Assembly: GCA_963828525.1 (NCBI GenBank)
Contig: CAWHEP010000011.1
Span: 128,001 to 192,000 of the forward strand
Direction: 5' to 3'
From: an uncultured Verrucomicrobiae bacterium
GTDB lineage: Bacteria; Verrucomicrobiota; Verrucomicrobiia; Chthoniobacterales; Chthoniobacteraceae
Length of the DNA: 64,000 nucleotides
Below, piece by piece: positions 37,956 to 47,766 of this stretch (the first letter of the stretch is position 1; every line of letters begins with the position of its first letter). Made by a program: the position numbers and the translations under genes. The notes below the pieces were generated by a model. The model worked only from the letters and a program-made list of their open reading frames with translations. It was not told the origin of the DNA and ran no database searches.

Positions 37956-38829
37956 CGCGGCCCACCTTAGCGCAGGCGATTTCGCGTTCAGTGAAGACAG
38001 CCAAGACATCCGCGCTGTGAGCCGGGTTCACGCTCAGGAGAAAGCCGAAGCTGGGAAAGGAAATGAGCCAGCGGGAGAGGTCGGCATCCGCGGGTTTTGG
38101 CACCCGATCCAGCCAGAGCTCGGCGCCGCTCCCAGAGCATCTGAGCAGCATCGCCGCGGTGCCGATAAGGCCGCCATTACTGATGTCCTTTCCAGCGCGG
38201 CACCAGCCCCGCCGGGCAATCTCGGGCAGCAGGCGCAGGTCGGCTCGCAACCGGTCGTGAGGCGCTTCGGTGCTGGCGTTCCAAAACGGTTTCTGCCGCC
38301 GATAAGCTCCTCGCAGGTCGATGGCCGCCAGCAGGTCGTCACCGGGCAAGGCGTCGAAGCTCGTGATCAAATGCTCGGCTTTCCCGAGAACTGCCGCAGC
38401 GAGGAAAGGCCCGCTGGATTTTGTCAGGGTCGTATGACCGCCGACAATGGGCACGTCGTAAGCGCGAGAGGCCGCGGCCATCCCATCCCAGATTTCAGCG
38501 GAGGCGGCATGGCTGGGCGTCCAGAGGACATCGACCACCGCCATCGGGCGGCCGCCCATTGCCGCCACATCGCTGATATTCACCATCACGCTCGAATAGC
38601 CGGCGAACCACGGATCGACTGCGACGAACGACTCGATCATTCCTTCGGCGGCGAATAGTAAAAATCCGCCGTTGTCGGGGATCGCCGCGCAGTCGTCTCC
38701 CACGCGCGAGTGCCCGGCAAGCGCAATCGCTGGCGCGTATGCCTCGTGGATCGCCGCCTTCTCCGCGACCGCCGCGTTCGCTTCGAGAAAAGAGACCAGC
38801 GCCGCGAGGGTTGCCGGATCGTCGGGCAT
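37870..38829 (-). CDS. nitF: Nit1C AIR-synthase-like protein (sll0787 family)
   Basis: VGDDCAAIP, PWFAGYSSVMVNISDVAAMGGRP, VGGHT, KDISNGG; start taken at MPDDP. Confidence 0.92.
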   Translation of the reverse strand: MPDDPATLAALVSFLEANAAVAEKAAIHEAYAPAIALAGHSRVGDDCAAIPDNGGFLLFAAEGMIESFVAVDPWFAGYSSVMVNISDVAAMGGRPMAVVDVLWTPSHAASAEIWDGMAAASRAYDVPIVGGHTTLTKSSGPFLAAAVLGKAEHLITSFDALPGDDLLAAIDLRGAYRRQKPFWNASTEAPHDRLRADLRLLPEIARRGWCRAGKDISNGGLIGTAAMLLRCSGSGAELWLDRVPKPADADLSRWLISFPSFGFLLSVNPAHSADVLAVFTEREIACAKVGRVTAEPSLVLCYGSARQPFRAKDSRAREA

Positions 38830-38834
38830 CGCCT

Positions 38835-39401
38835 CTAAAAGACGCTTGCCGCCGCGCGATAATGATTGAGGTCGGCGCGCATTTTTACATGAGGGAGACC
38901 GTGGAGCTCGATCTCCTCCAGCGGTTGCCAGTGGAGACGCTGGAAGAAGCGCGCGTTTTGGTGCTGCACAGTTGCCAGGAACTCGTGACAGCCTAGCGCG
39001 TGCGCGGTGGAGACGGCCTTGAAAATAAGGCCCGCCCCCAGAGCGCCGAGGCCGCGATAAACCGGCAGCCGGTTTCTCTGCGCCACGCCCGGGCTCAGCT
39101 TCTTCACGCTCCGAAACCGCGCGTCCACGCATAGCCTGCTCCCGTGCCAGACGCCCGGCCCGCGTTCGTCGATCCGCACAGCGCCCACGACTGAATCCTC
39201 CATCCCGGCGATGAGCGATTCGCATATGATAGGAATGGCCAGCTCGTCCACCGCGTCCTGATCGCTCCCCTCAAAGATGGACTGCTCCTTGCAAAACACC
39301 GCCGCGCGCAGCGCCCAATAGCCCTCCAACTCTCGAGGCATCCGCGCGATTTTAAAGAGAAAGTCCTGCGGTTTGGATTCCTGAAACGGATCGAAGATCA
39401 T
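38835..39401 (-). CDS. nitE: Nit1C GNAT N-acetyltransferase (MSMEG_0567/sll0786 family)
   Basis: LRAAVFCKEQ, WHGSRL, AVSTAHALGC, FFQRLHW. Confidence 0.92.
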   Translation of the reverse strand: MIFDPFQESKPQDFLFKIARMPRELEGYWALRAAVFCKEQSIFEGSDQDAVDELAIPIICESLIAGMEDSVVGAVRIDERGPGVWHGSRLCVDARFRSVKKLSPGVAQRNRLPVYRGLGALGAGLIFKAVSTAHALGCHEFLATVQHQNARFFQRLHWQPLEEIELHGLPHVKMRADLNHYRAAASVF

Positions 39402-39512
39402 GCCGGTTGCCCCGACAGCATTACGGATGCCAGACAGACGCCCTGGCGCCCAATGTGGCGATCTTAAAAGCCAAGGGGGACGGAGGGCTCGGCACAAAGC
39501 CTCCGCAGCCGG

Positions 39513-42440
39513 CTATTTCGCGTAAACCTCAAACTGGGAAATCTGGTAACCGTATCGGCCTCCATCTGTCGCAATCATCCGAACATAACGCCCTTTGCCG
39601 GCGAGACCGCTGAGGTTATCCAGACCGCCATGACCTTTGGTGGTCTGGTAAACGGGCGTCCAGGTATGCGCGTCGTCGGAGACCTGAACCGCGTAGCTTT
39701 TCGGGAAGCCTTCTCCCTCCCACCCGATTTTAACGCGGCTAAACGTAGCGCTGCTGCCCAGATCGACGCAGAGCCACTCCGGCTGGGGGGTCTTCGAGCG
39801 CGAGTGCCAGGAGGTTAGGATGTCGCCATCGACGGCGTTCTCGGGGGCGGCCTCCGTCTGCGATGATGATGCCGTTACCGGCCGGGCGAGCGCCAGATTC
39901 GCCGGGTCTGGTGGGGGCGGAGTCATCTTGGGCGCGTTGTTCCAGCACTCCACCGCCAGGGCGGCATCCTTCCCGTCGGCGCTCGCGCGGTCATACTGAA
40001 TGGTCAGATGCTTTGTTTCGCCGGGCAGGAGCGAAAAGTAGCCGTCATTCATGAAGACCGGCAGAACCTGCTCGTCGGTGCCTGCCTTGACGACCTTTGG
40101 CCGGATGGCCAGGGCGACCGTCCTCGAACCAGCCGGGTTGGTGATGTCGGCTGTCATTGTTTCTGCGTCGTTTTCGTGGCGCAAGGTAGAGGAGACGGCT
40201 AGCTTGACGGGCGGCAGGTTTTTCAAGTCGGCGTAGTGCTCGTGGGTCGTTCCGCGCCAGTAGAAGTTTTCGGACACCGTGGTTCCCTTCGCGTCCCTGA
40301 GCTTCAGCTTGACGAAATGGACAGACGAAAGGCCCTCGGGAAACGTTAATTGGAAGCAATCCGCCACAGCATCGGGCTTGGAAGAGATTGGGACGGAGCG
40401 GGAAAATTTCTGCGCGCCGTCCGCATTATAGATCGCGGCTTCGGCGGTGAGACCCGGAGCTTCCCTGCCCGAAGTGTTGACGACCCGGATGCGGTCGTCC
40501 AATTGGTTCCAGTAGATATGGACCGGCTCGCAGGCCGTTTTCGCCCCCCAGTAGGCTCCGGTGGTATCGAAGTAATAATCATAGGTCTGCCATACAAACG
40601 AAGGATAGGCGGACTGGCTCATCCAGATCAACACGCCGCCAGCGGTGTTGTCACTGTGATCAAGCCAGCTTTCATACAGCGTCTTCATGGTCTCCAGGTT
40701 CAACAGTTGCGCCTTGCGGCAATAATCCTCGATGCCTGCCGCCCGCCCGTATCGGAGGCTGATGGAGTTGTTGTATTCGACCGGTCCCGCGTTGCTTGCC
40801 TGGGCGCCGAAGAAATGCTGGTTCCACATCTCGTCCGGCGGCCACGCATCGGCGGGGGGCATGAACTTCTTGAAGCTGTCGTACGAGGTAAACGTCGCGG
40901 TGCCCGCCTCGCTGTGCATCCCGTAGTTCCCATGGCGCTGATAGTACGCCTTCAGGTCCAGGTTGCGGTATGGACCGCTCCCGCTCACGCCGCCGGTATT
41001 GGACTGCGGCTGATAGCGGCGGTCGCCCGCGTCGTAGGTTTGGATGTCCGCGCGCAGCCAGTCGTTCAGGGGTTCGGTCGGTGTATTTTCATTTTCGCCG
41101 CACCACAGGGCGACGGAAGCGTGGTTGCGGACCTGCTTGATCTTCTCGATGGCGTTGGCCCGGAACACCTCCAGGTTGGAAGGCAAGCCGCGCGTGGAAT
41201 GGAGCCAGAAGTCGTCCCAGACCATCACGCCGTTGCGGTCGCAGGCATCGTAAAAGGCTTCGTCGGTCGTCATGCCGATCCAATTACGGATCATGTTGAA
41301 ATTCATTTCCTTGTGGAAACGCAGGCGGGTGTCGTAGTCCCGGCCTCGGCAGCGCAGCATGAACTCCGCCATGCCCCAGTTGCCGCCTTTCGCGAACACG
41401 CGGACGCCGTTGACGTAAAAGTTCAGCACCTTCTTGGACGTGTCGTAGGTGTACTTGTGGACGCCGAACGTGGTCGTTTTCGTGTCAGAAACGCCGCCGC
41501 CGATCTGGAAATCCAGCTGGCACGTATACAGGTTAGGGTCACCGTAGCCGTTGGGCCACCAGAGCCGGGGATGCGTGAGGCGCAGCGCCGGGACCGAGGA
41601 CGGGTCCAGCTTGACGGTTTTCGTCTCGTTCGGCCCCAGTGTCACCGGTTGGGAAAACGCGATCTCTCCCGGAGAGAGGACGCCTTTCAACACGCCGCTG
41701 ACCGCCGCGCCGGAGTGGTTTTGCGCTTCGACCTGGATGGAAACATCGGCCTGCGAGGGATTGGGCACCTCAGTGCGAATCCACGGATCGACGAGCGAAA
41801 CGTCTCCGGTATTAGTGAGCCGCACACTGCGATGGATGCCCATGTTGTATCCAGCGACCTTGGGCATCCAGTCCCAGCCGGTGCTGCAAATAAACGACGG
41901 GCTTGTCACGTTGGCATTCCTGCTCTTGTCGTTTTCCCCAGGGAAGTAATCCAGCACGGCCAGCGCGTTCGTTGCCCCTGGTTTTACCAACCCCGTCACG
42001 TCAAAGCGGCCGCGCTGCACGAAGCCGTGGATGGACCCGAGGTTCTTGCCGTTGAGGTAAATGTCGGCGTCCTTGTTCACGCCGTCTAATTCGAGCCAGG
42101 TCCGGCCGGAGGTGAAAGCCGCCGGGCTCTTGAATTCGGTTCGATACCAGAAATTCCGGTCGTATTTTTTCTTGTCGATCTTGTATGCGTTATCGCCGTA
42201 CGTCGGTTCTTTCTCAATCCCGGCCGTAACGTAGTCCTCCAGCACTGTTCCCGGCACTTTTGCCTTCACCCACTTGTCCGCGGCGAAACCAGGCGCGGAG
42301 ATTAGCTCTCCGGCGGCGCTGACTTCAGCCTGCGGCGCGACCGCCCACCCGTCACCATCGAGCGTCACAGGCGCCGCCGCCGCGTAAGTGAGCACGGGGA
42401 GGCAGAGCGATGCCGCAAGGGTCATGAACGTCTTTTGCAA
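39513..42440 (-). CDS. Secreted GH2 glycoside hydrolase (beta-mannosidase-like) with a C-terminal F5/8-type C (CBM32) domain
   Basis: GWDWMP, LWWPNGYG, WCGENE, HSEAG; NLALARPVTASS...AVDGD...GRYVRM. Confidence 0.88.
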   Translation of the reverse strand: MQKTFMTLAASLCLPVLTYAAAAPVTLDGDGWAVAPQAEVSAAGELISAPGFAADKWVKAKVPGTVLEDYVTAGIEKEPTYGDNAYKIDKKKYDRNFWYRTEFKSPAAFTSGRTWLELDGVNKDADIYLNGKNLGSIHGFVQRGRFDVTGLVKPGATNALAVLDYFPGENDKSRNANVTSPSFICSTGWDWMPKVAGYNMGIHRSVRLTNTGDVSLVDPWIRTEVPNPSQADVSIQVEAQNHSGAAVSGVLKGVLSPGEIAFSQPVTLGPNETKTVKLDPSSVPALRLTHPRLWWPNGYGDPNLYTCQLDFQIGGGVSDTKTTTFGVHKYTYDTSKKVLNFYVNGVRVFAKGGNWGMAEFMLRCRGRDYDTRLRFHKEMNFNMIRNWIGMTTDEAFYDACDRNGVMVWDDFWLHSTRGLPSNLEVFRANAIEKIKQVRNHASVALWCGENENTPTEPLNDWLRADIQTYDAGDRRYQPQSNTGGVSGSGPYRNLDLKAYYQRHGNYGMHSEAGTATFTSYDSFKKFMPPADAWPPDEMWNQHFFGAQASNAGPVEYNNSISLRYGRAAGIEDYCRKAQLLNLETMKTLYESWLDHSDNTAGGVLIWMSQSAYPSFVWQTYDYYFDTTGAYWGAKTACEPVHIYWNQLDDRIRVVNTSGREAPGLTAEAAIYNADGAQKFSRSVPISSKPDAVADCFQLTFPEGLSSVHFVKLKLRDAKGTTVSENFYWRGTTHEHYADLKNLPPVKLAVSSTLRHENDAETMTADITNPAGSRTVALAIRPKVVKAGTDEQVLPVFMNDGYFSLLPGETKHLTIQYDRASADGKDAALAVECWNNAPKMTPPPPDPANLALARPVTASSSQTEAAPENAVDGDILTSWHSRSKTPQPEWLCVDLGSSATFSRVKIGWEGEGFPKSYAVQVSDDAHTWTPVYQTTKGHGGLDNLSGLAGKGRYVRMIATDGGRYGYQISQFEVYAK

Positions 42441-42942
42441 GGAGCGGAGTTGTATTCATGGGAGTCGGTTTGTTCTTCGATGCTGGCACGCGATCTTCGG
42501 GAGCCTGGAACTCGCAAAGGCAGTATGGTCCGAGGGGTAGGGTTCGGCGGGTTTACTTGTTATTCTAAGCGGGAGGGGATTGTGAGGAATCTACGAAGGC
42601 GGAGCAACGGAATTCGGGCGAACTCCGTCACTGCTGAAACCGGTGCTCTCACTTCTGTTTGCTGGCGCTTTGCCAGCAATGGCGAATGCGAATACCACCA
42701 GGAAAATTGTCCAGGCACGCCGGTTCCGTCTTTACCGTCAAATGCGTGCTCGGCCACCGCATGCCGCGCCGAGATAAGGAAGCCGGATATACGCAAGCAC
42801 CGCGCGATCGATCTTATCCGCCACTTTCATTCGATCCCATTGTCGGAACACAAAGAAAGTTTGTTGTCTGGTTTCTCTCACGCAGTCTCATGTTAACTAA
42901 AGCTAGAGAAGCAATGCGAGTGGCGTCTGATGCAGGACGCCT

Positions 42943-43240
42943 TTGGCGTTCTGGTTGCAGTTTCGCCTTAGGCGCGATTCTTTTTTTTTCTGGTCTATCG
43001 CGTCAGGAGTTGCGGCCGCGCGCCAGGATCAAATTCTCACCGAAGGATGGAATTTTTTAAGGGTGACGCTGGCCTCACTGGGCCAGCCGACGCATGGCCG
43101 AGTGTCACCAATCCCTCATACATGGAACACGAAAAGCGCTGACGAAGGGGATCACAAAGGAGACCCCCATTTCAAAGGGAGTTTTTACCGAGGCCCCTCC
43201 TGGTATGCAAAATCTCTCGAGGTTCCCGCTGACCGAACCT
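42943..43240 (+). pseudogene. N-terminal fragment of a second GH2 (beta-galactosidase/glucuronidase-like)
   Basis: ARQDQILTEGWNF, IPHTWN, FYRGPSWYAKSLEVPAD; no downstream domains. Confidence 0.6.
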
Positions 43241-43311
43241 GCGTCTCCAGCGCTGGGGCCGCGCGGCGTAGCAGCCCTTCGCAAGAAGTCGGTTCCGAAT
43301 AGAGGCCGGTG

Positions 43312-43539
43312 TCAGAGCGAACCTATGAATTCCTCCGGGGAAATTCCGGCCATTTTGAGTGCGCTACGCAGGGTGCCAATAGCCACTTCGCGGTGCATCG
43401 GGATAACGCACCCCCGTGCTCCGCTGGGCGTAACCTTCTTTAATATCACGTGACTGCCGCGTTGACGATCCACGAAAAATCCAAGCCGCTGCAGCGCTTT
43501 GACAGCATCAGCGCCTGAGACAACGGGCAGCTTAGGCAC
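43312..43539 (-). CDS. hicA: HicA-family toxin
   Basis: LQRLGF...RQRGSH...IPMH...GTLRSALK. Confidence 0.92.
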   Translation of the reverse strand: MPKLPVVSGADAVKALQRLGFFVDRQRGSHVILKKVTPSGARGCVIPMHREVAIGTLRSALKMAGISPEEFIGSL

Positions 43540-43738
43540 GAGCCAATTCGAAAGTGCGGATCGCGGCAGGCTTCCCGACGGCGCGCGGGAAGGATTCAAG
43601 GTAAAGCTCTGTAGCCTCTCGCAAGTTGGAAAGAGCCTCGTCCTCGTTACGACCCTGGCTGGCAGTGCCGATTTCGGGGCACTCGGCTACGAGCAAATCG
43701 GTTTCTGAGTCGGAATAAATGACGGCCGTCAATTTCAT
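43532..43738 (-). CDS. hicB: Short HicB-family antitoxin
   Basis: VAECPEIGTASQG...EALSNLREATELYLE; overlaps the hicA start. Confidence 0.92.
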   Translation of the reverse strand: MKLTAVIYSDSETDLLVAECPEIGTASQGRNEDEALSNLREATELYLESFPRAVGKPAAIRTFELARA

Positions 43739-44276
43739 ACCTCGCATCGTATCATCTTTTGCGATGTCGGGCAATCGGAGTGCGTTGGCGTGGCATCAAA
43801 CGCGGAAGTATCAACAACGATCATGGTATTTTAGCAGACGGCATGACGATATACTTCAGCGCCGACGGGAACATTTACTCGTTCCGAGGGTCGGGAGCCA
43901 AACCCTAGCGCATATAGACGAAACATGCGCCGGAGCTAAAGTTCGTCTACTACTTCCACGGCTGGCTCTGCTTCGGCGTGACGGCTTCAGCCGTCGGATA
44001 CATTGTGACGTTCCTGAGTATAGCTTGAGAACGACGAGAATGGCTGCGGGCGAGCTGGGATAACAAGATGGAGACTGCGTTAACCAGCCTTCACGATGAC
44101 AGCGTAGGATGCTTAACGATGCGGGTTAAACCGGCGCCGGGCTTAGGGCGTGGGAGAAGATGCAGCAGGGAAAACGCTGATGCTGCGCGAGATGAGATTA
44201 TGCGCTAATAACTACACGGGTCGCCGCATCCGGCGGCGCCCGACTGAAAACATCGACCGAAAAGAAAAAAACGACC

Positions 44277-44918
44277 ATGTCCAAGTTACGAGTTCACTGT
44301 TTTGGAATATCACTCGACGGGTTCGGAGCTGGCCCGAATCAGGACATCGACAATCCGCTGGGCGTTGGCGGGGTTGACCTGCACAAATGGTTCTTTCCAA
44401 CCCGCAGTTTTCAAAAAATGCACGGGGATGGCGACGGCGCCACTGGCATCGACAACGACTTTGCGGAACGCGGGTGGGACGGAATTGGCGCATGGATTAT
44501 GGGACGCAATATGTTCGCGCCTCATCGCGGACCATGGACGGATGACCAATGGAAAGGCTGGTGGGGCGACAACCCGCCCTATCACACCCAGGTATTCATT
44601 CTTACTCACCATCCCCGCGCGCCTATTCAAATGGATGGCGGTACGACCTTTCATTTCGTCACAGAAGGCATTCACGCCGCCTTAAAGCGCGCCCGGGAGG
44701 CGGCTGGCGGACTGGACGTCCGCGTCGGCGGAGGGGCGGCGACAATCCGGCAGTATCTTCAAGCCGGGTTGATTGATCAACTGCACATCGCCATTTCCCC
44801 TGTTGTTTTAGGCAGCGGCGAGAGCCTCTTCGCTGGAATCGATCTGTTGAAGCTCGGATACCAATGCACGGATCATGTGATGAGCTCTGCCGCAATGCAC
44901 GTAATGCTTACAAAATAA
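44277..44918 (+). CDS. Dihydrofolate reductase/RibD C-terminal family protein
   Basis: ISLDGFGAGP, IMGRNMF, GGGAATIRQYL, ISPVVLGSG. Confidence 0.9.
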   Translation: MSKLRVHCFGISLDGFGAGPNQDIDNPLGVGGVDLHKWFFPTRSFQKMHGDGDGATGIDNDFAERGWDGIGAWIMGRNMFAPHRGPWTDDQWKGWWGDNPPYHTQVFILTHHPRAPIQMDGGTTFHFVTEGIHAALKRAREAAGGLDVRVGGGAATIRQYLQAGLIDQLHIAISPVVLGSGESLFAGIDLLKLGYQCTDHVMSSAAMHVMLTK

Positions 44919-44999
44919 TCTGCATCCTCAGCGATCCACAAGAATCCGCGACGCGCGCTCCGGAGCATATCGACACGCAAGCCCTGGCGGGGTCGAGAT

Positions 45000-45643
45000 T
45001 CATACTCGGGGCTTGAGATTAATTGAGATAATCTGCGCTTTCGGCAGTGGATCCCTCTCCGGATCGGTCATTCGAAGAAGAACCAGGTATGTCACTTCCG
45101 AATCGTCACCGAGGTCTCGGGTACCGAATTCGAGAAGCAACTGGCCATCTGCAAGCCACTTTTCTGGCGTGTCAAAGCCTTTGCCGGAGTTGAACTCGGA
45201 CACTCCGCTGAGCTTTTTTATCGATGCCACGTACTGGTCGCTCGGGAGCTTCACGCATGTCCATTCCCCCTGGGTATTACATGCATACACGGCGCCCGTC
45301 ATCCACCCGCGAGTCTCCTCCCACTTGATTGCAAAGCACCTGCAGTCCTGACGCCAAAGCACTTTGAATGCGCGCGAGTCCAGCGCGCCCGCCAAAACCC
45401 GACCACTCAAAAGTGCCCAAGACTTTGCCCGTTTTCACGGTTCCGAATTTGTGCCATTCCGGCTGCATCTCTTTCGCCGCTCGTATCGGGCTTGATCCAA
45501 ATCTCAATTTTACCATCTGGAGAACGACTGTTCTCGATGGCAACAGGTGGCTCGCTTGCGGTCGCAACGCTAGCAGACAACAGCAACCAGACATACGCCG
45601 TGGATAAAAAGGCTCTAGACAAAAGATTAGCGGGAATTTCCAA
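45000..45643 (-). CDS. Hypothetical secreted protein split by frameshifts (about 45380-45445)
   Basis: Signal-like segment plus SRSPDGK in ORF 45407..45643; continues through ORFs 45277..45891 and 45000..45410. Confidence 0.5.
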
Positions 45644-45720
45644 GGGTATGAGGTTTTGAAGAGAGACAGGAGGAAATTTATCGTGCGCAACGCGATGGCT
45701 TTATGGCGTAATCTCGCGCT

Positions 45721-46110
45721 GTGAATCCCCCTCCCAGCCCTTCTGCGCGTAGTAACGACGCTCCAAAGAAAAAGTTCCGGGCTCGCGGGCGCAAAGATGC
45801 GAGCTTCGGTCGCAAGAGAGCCTTCGCGGCTACGATGGCGCTGGTTAAGGCGATTATGCTGAGCGGCGGCTCCGCCAAGGCGCAGGACCAAGCCGCGCCT
45901 CTAACCAGCGGTTCAAACGCGCAGCCTACGACCCAGTTTCCGGAAGTGTTGATTGTAGGTGAGCAAGGCTACCAAGGCCGTTCGCTATCCCTATACAAAT
46001 ACGGGGAACCGCTGCTTACCACCCCGCAATCCGCATCCGTCGTGACCAGGCAACTCATGGAGGACGAGAACGTCACCTCGATGCACTCCGCTCCCAGTAA
46101 GAAAGATTAA
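45721..46110 (+). pseudogene. N-terminal remnant of a TonB-dependent siderophore-type receptor
   Basis: PEVLIVG (TonB-box-like) and PLLTTPQSASVVTRQLMED plug start; ends at the repeat junction. Confidence 0.75.
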
Positions 46111-46160
46111 GGCAATCCAAGGGTTCTTTTCACGCTCTTTTGGCGTCCCGAAATATCCAA
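46088..46160 (+). repeat. Imperfect direct repeat of about 72 bp, copy 1
   Basis: CCGCTCCCAG..AGAAAGATTA.GGC.ATCCA.GGGTTCTT.TCACGCTCTTTGGCGTCCCGAAATATCCAA matches 47136-47207. Confidence 0.9.
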
Positions 46161-46226
46161 GGCTCCAGCTTGCAGGACGTGTTTTGGCATCGCGCGGGGG
46201 AACCTTTGAAGTAAGAGTGTCTTACC

Positions 46227-46484
46227 ATGCAAACGAGAGTTTCCAGCAAGGGACAAATCGTCCTGCCTCTGCCAATTCGCCACAGGCTCGGTATCCAAAC
46301 TGGCGATCCGCTTGATGCCCGGGTCGAAGGCGTTAATGTCATTCTCTCGCCGGTCAAACCCAGGCGACGCAAAGGCAAAATCGTAATCAATCCGCGAACG
46401 GGCCTGCCAGCCTGTCACCTTCGGAAAGGATGCCCCAAGGTTACCAGCTCCACGGTGGAGAAACTGCTGGAGGAGTTTCCGTGA
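46227..46484 (+). CDS. AbrB/MazE/SpoVT-type antitoxin
   Basis: TRVSSKGQIVLPLPIRHRLGIQTGD. Confidence 0.9.
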   Translation: MQTRVSSKGQIVLPLPIRHRLGIQTGDPLDARVEGVNVILSPVKPRRRKGKIVINPRTGLPACHLRKGCPKVTSSTVEKLLEEFP

Positions 46485-46948
46485 TCTATCTGCTGGACGT
46501 CAACGCGCTCGTCGGTCTCCTCCATTGCGAACATGAATTCCACTTCCGGGTTTGCCAGTGGATGGAGCAATTGGGAAAACGCCTTCCGTCCCAAATCGCC
46601 ACTTGTGCCATCACAGAATTGGGTCTCGTGCGCATCCTGCCCCAGTTACCGGAGTCGGGATACACAGTTACTGAAAGTGTCCACTTGCTCGGGCAGTTCA
46701 AGAAGCGTCTCGGGCTACGCCACGAGTTTCTCGCCGATGACCTTGGCGCGGACGCCCTTCCGAAATGGGTGAAGATGGCGAGACAGACGACCGATGGTCA
46801 TCTGGTTGAACTGGCGAAAGTCAGCAGCGCGGTGCTCGCCACGCTTGATACCAAGATTCCGGTGCATTTGCAATTCCCTTTAGTCGCGAGGGTGGCTAAA
46901 AAACCGAACCGAATCCGCGCCCTGCGCTCGCTTTTTCATCCACCTTAA
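46481..46948 (+). CDS. vapC: PIN-domain (VapC-like) toxin; C-terminus probably frameshifted near 46860
   Basis: YLLDVNALV, TELG, QTTDGHLVELA, LATLD; GTGA overlap with the antitoxin. Confidence 0.88.
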   Translation: MIYLLDVNALVGLLHCEHEFHFRVCQWMEQLGKRLPSQIATCAITELGLVRILPQLPESGYTVTESVHLLGQFKKRLGLRHEFLADDLGADALPKWVKMARQTTDGHLVELAKVSSAVLATLDTKIPVHLQFPLVARVAKKPNRIRALRSLFHPP

Positions 46949-47059
46949 GTTCCGCCGGCGTTAGCTGGCACTCTCATTCAGCTGCGGCTTCGTACGTCCA
47001 GCCACTGACTTGACAGCGCGTTTGTCCGGCAGAAATGACGGAGCGGCACCCAAGGCACT

Positions 47060-47320
47060 CTATCGGATCGGAAGGAACTGCGCTCCCCTGTATTTTCCGG
47101 ACGGAGCACAACCAAAGACATTGGAAAGCGGCCACCCGCTCCCAGCGAGAAAGATTACGGCGATCCAGGGGTTCTTCTCACGCTCTTTGGCGTCCCGAAA
47201 TATCCAAATAGCGTTCGCGATAAACGCGACGGCAAGAATGACGGACGCCGTGGCCACAAATGCAGGCGGACCGTAAAAACGGATTCCTAGGAAGTCATGT
47301 GCGCCGTCGCTCAAACTCAT
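47060..47320 (-). CDS. Small membrane protein, possibly degraded
   Basis: TM-WIFRDAKEREKNPW-TM pattern. Confidence 0.5.
   Translation of the reverse strand: MSLSDGAHDFLGIRFYGPPAFVATASVILAVAFIANAIWIFRDAKEREKNPWIAVIFLAGSGWPLSNVFGCAPSGKYRGAQFLPIR
47136..47207 (+). repeat. Imperfect direct repeat of about 72 bp, copy 2
   Basis: Matches 46088-46160 with about 6 substitutions and 1 indel. Confidence 0.9.
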
Positions 47321-47766
47321 ATCTCCATGCTGGTATTTGCGCTTGTTCCTTGGCTCAACGTGTCCGAAGAGAGCGCAAGAAGATCATGAGTTCTCTCCTG
47401 ATGTACCTTGGCCTTGTTTATGTGCATACCGCCGTTGCTAAGCTGGCTGCGCCAGAGTGTGACATCGCTTTTTTCTTAAAAACAGAAGGTAATTTGCGGT
47501 ACCACCTGTGAACCCCACTTTTGCGGGGTCGAAAGTCATTTCCACGTAATATTCTCCAAACATGGAGAGGTCATAATAATCCGCCAGATCACACGAAAGC
47601 AGAGGGCATTGACCCGGTCCGCAAAGAGAGTGCCCACAATTGTTGAGACTTCGCACTACCTGATGCGGGGGACAACCGGGCGGCAGCGCGAAAGCAGGCG
47701 CAGGCCTGGGTCCTTGATCCATTCGGAGCACGATGGACAATACTCCGCTTGAAGAGACCGACTTGT

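Noticed and set aside
37870..38829. SelD or ThiL assignment
   Set aside because: Motifs and context fit the Nit1C AIR-synthase-like protein; no N-terminal Cys/Sec-x-x-Lys motif.
40350..42089. Long + strand ORF of 579 aa, and similar ORFs at 10285..11322, 35006..36226 and 20630..21841
   Set aside because: Antisense shadows of well-supported genes in GC-rich DNA, with no motifs.
43780..47760. Integron cassette array
   Set aside because: No integron integrase and no convincing paired RYYYAAC/GTTRRRY attC boxes seen by eye.
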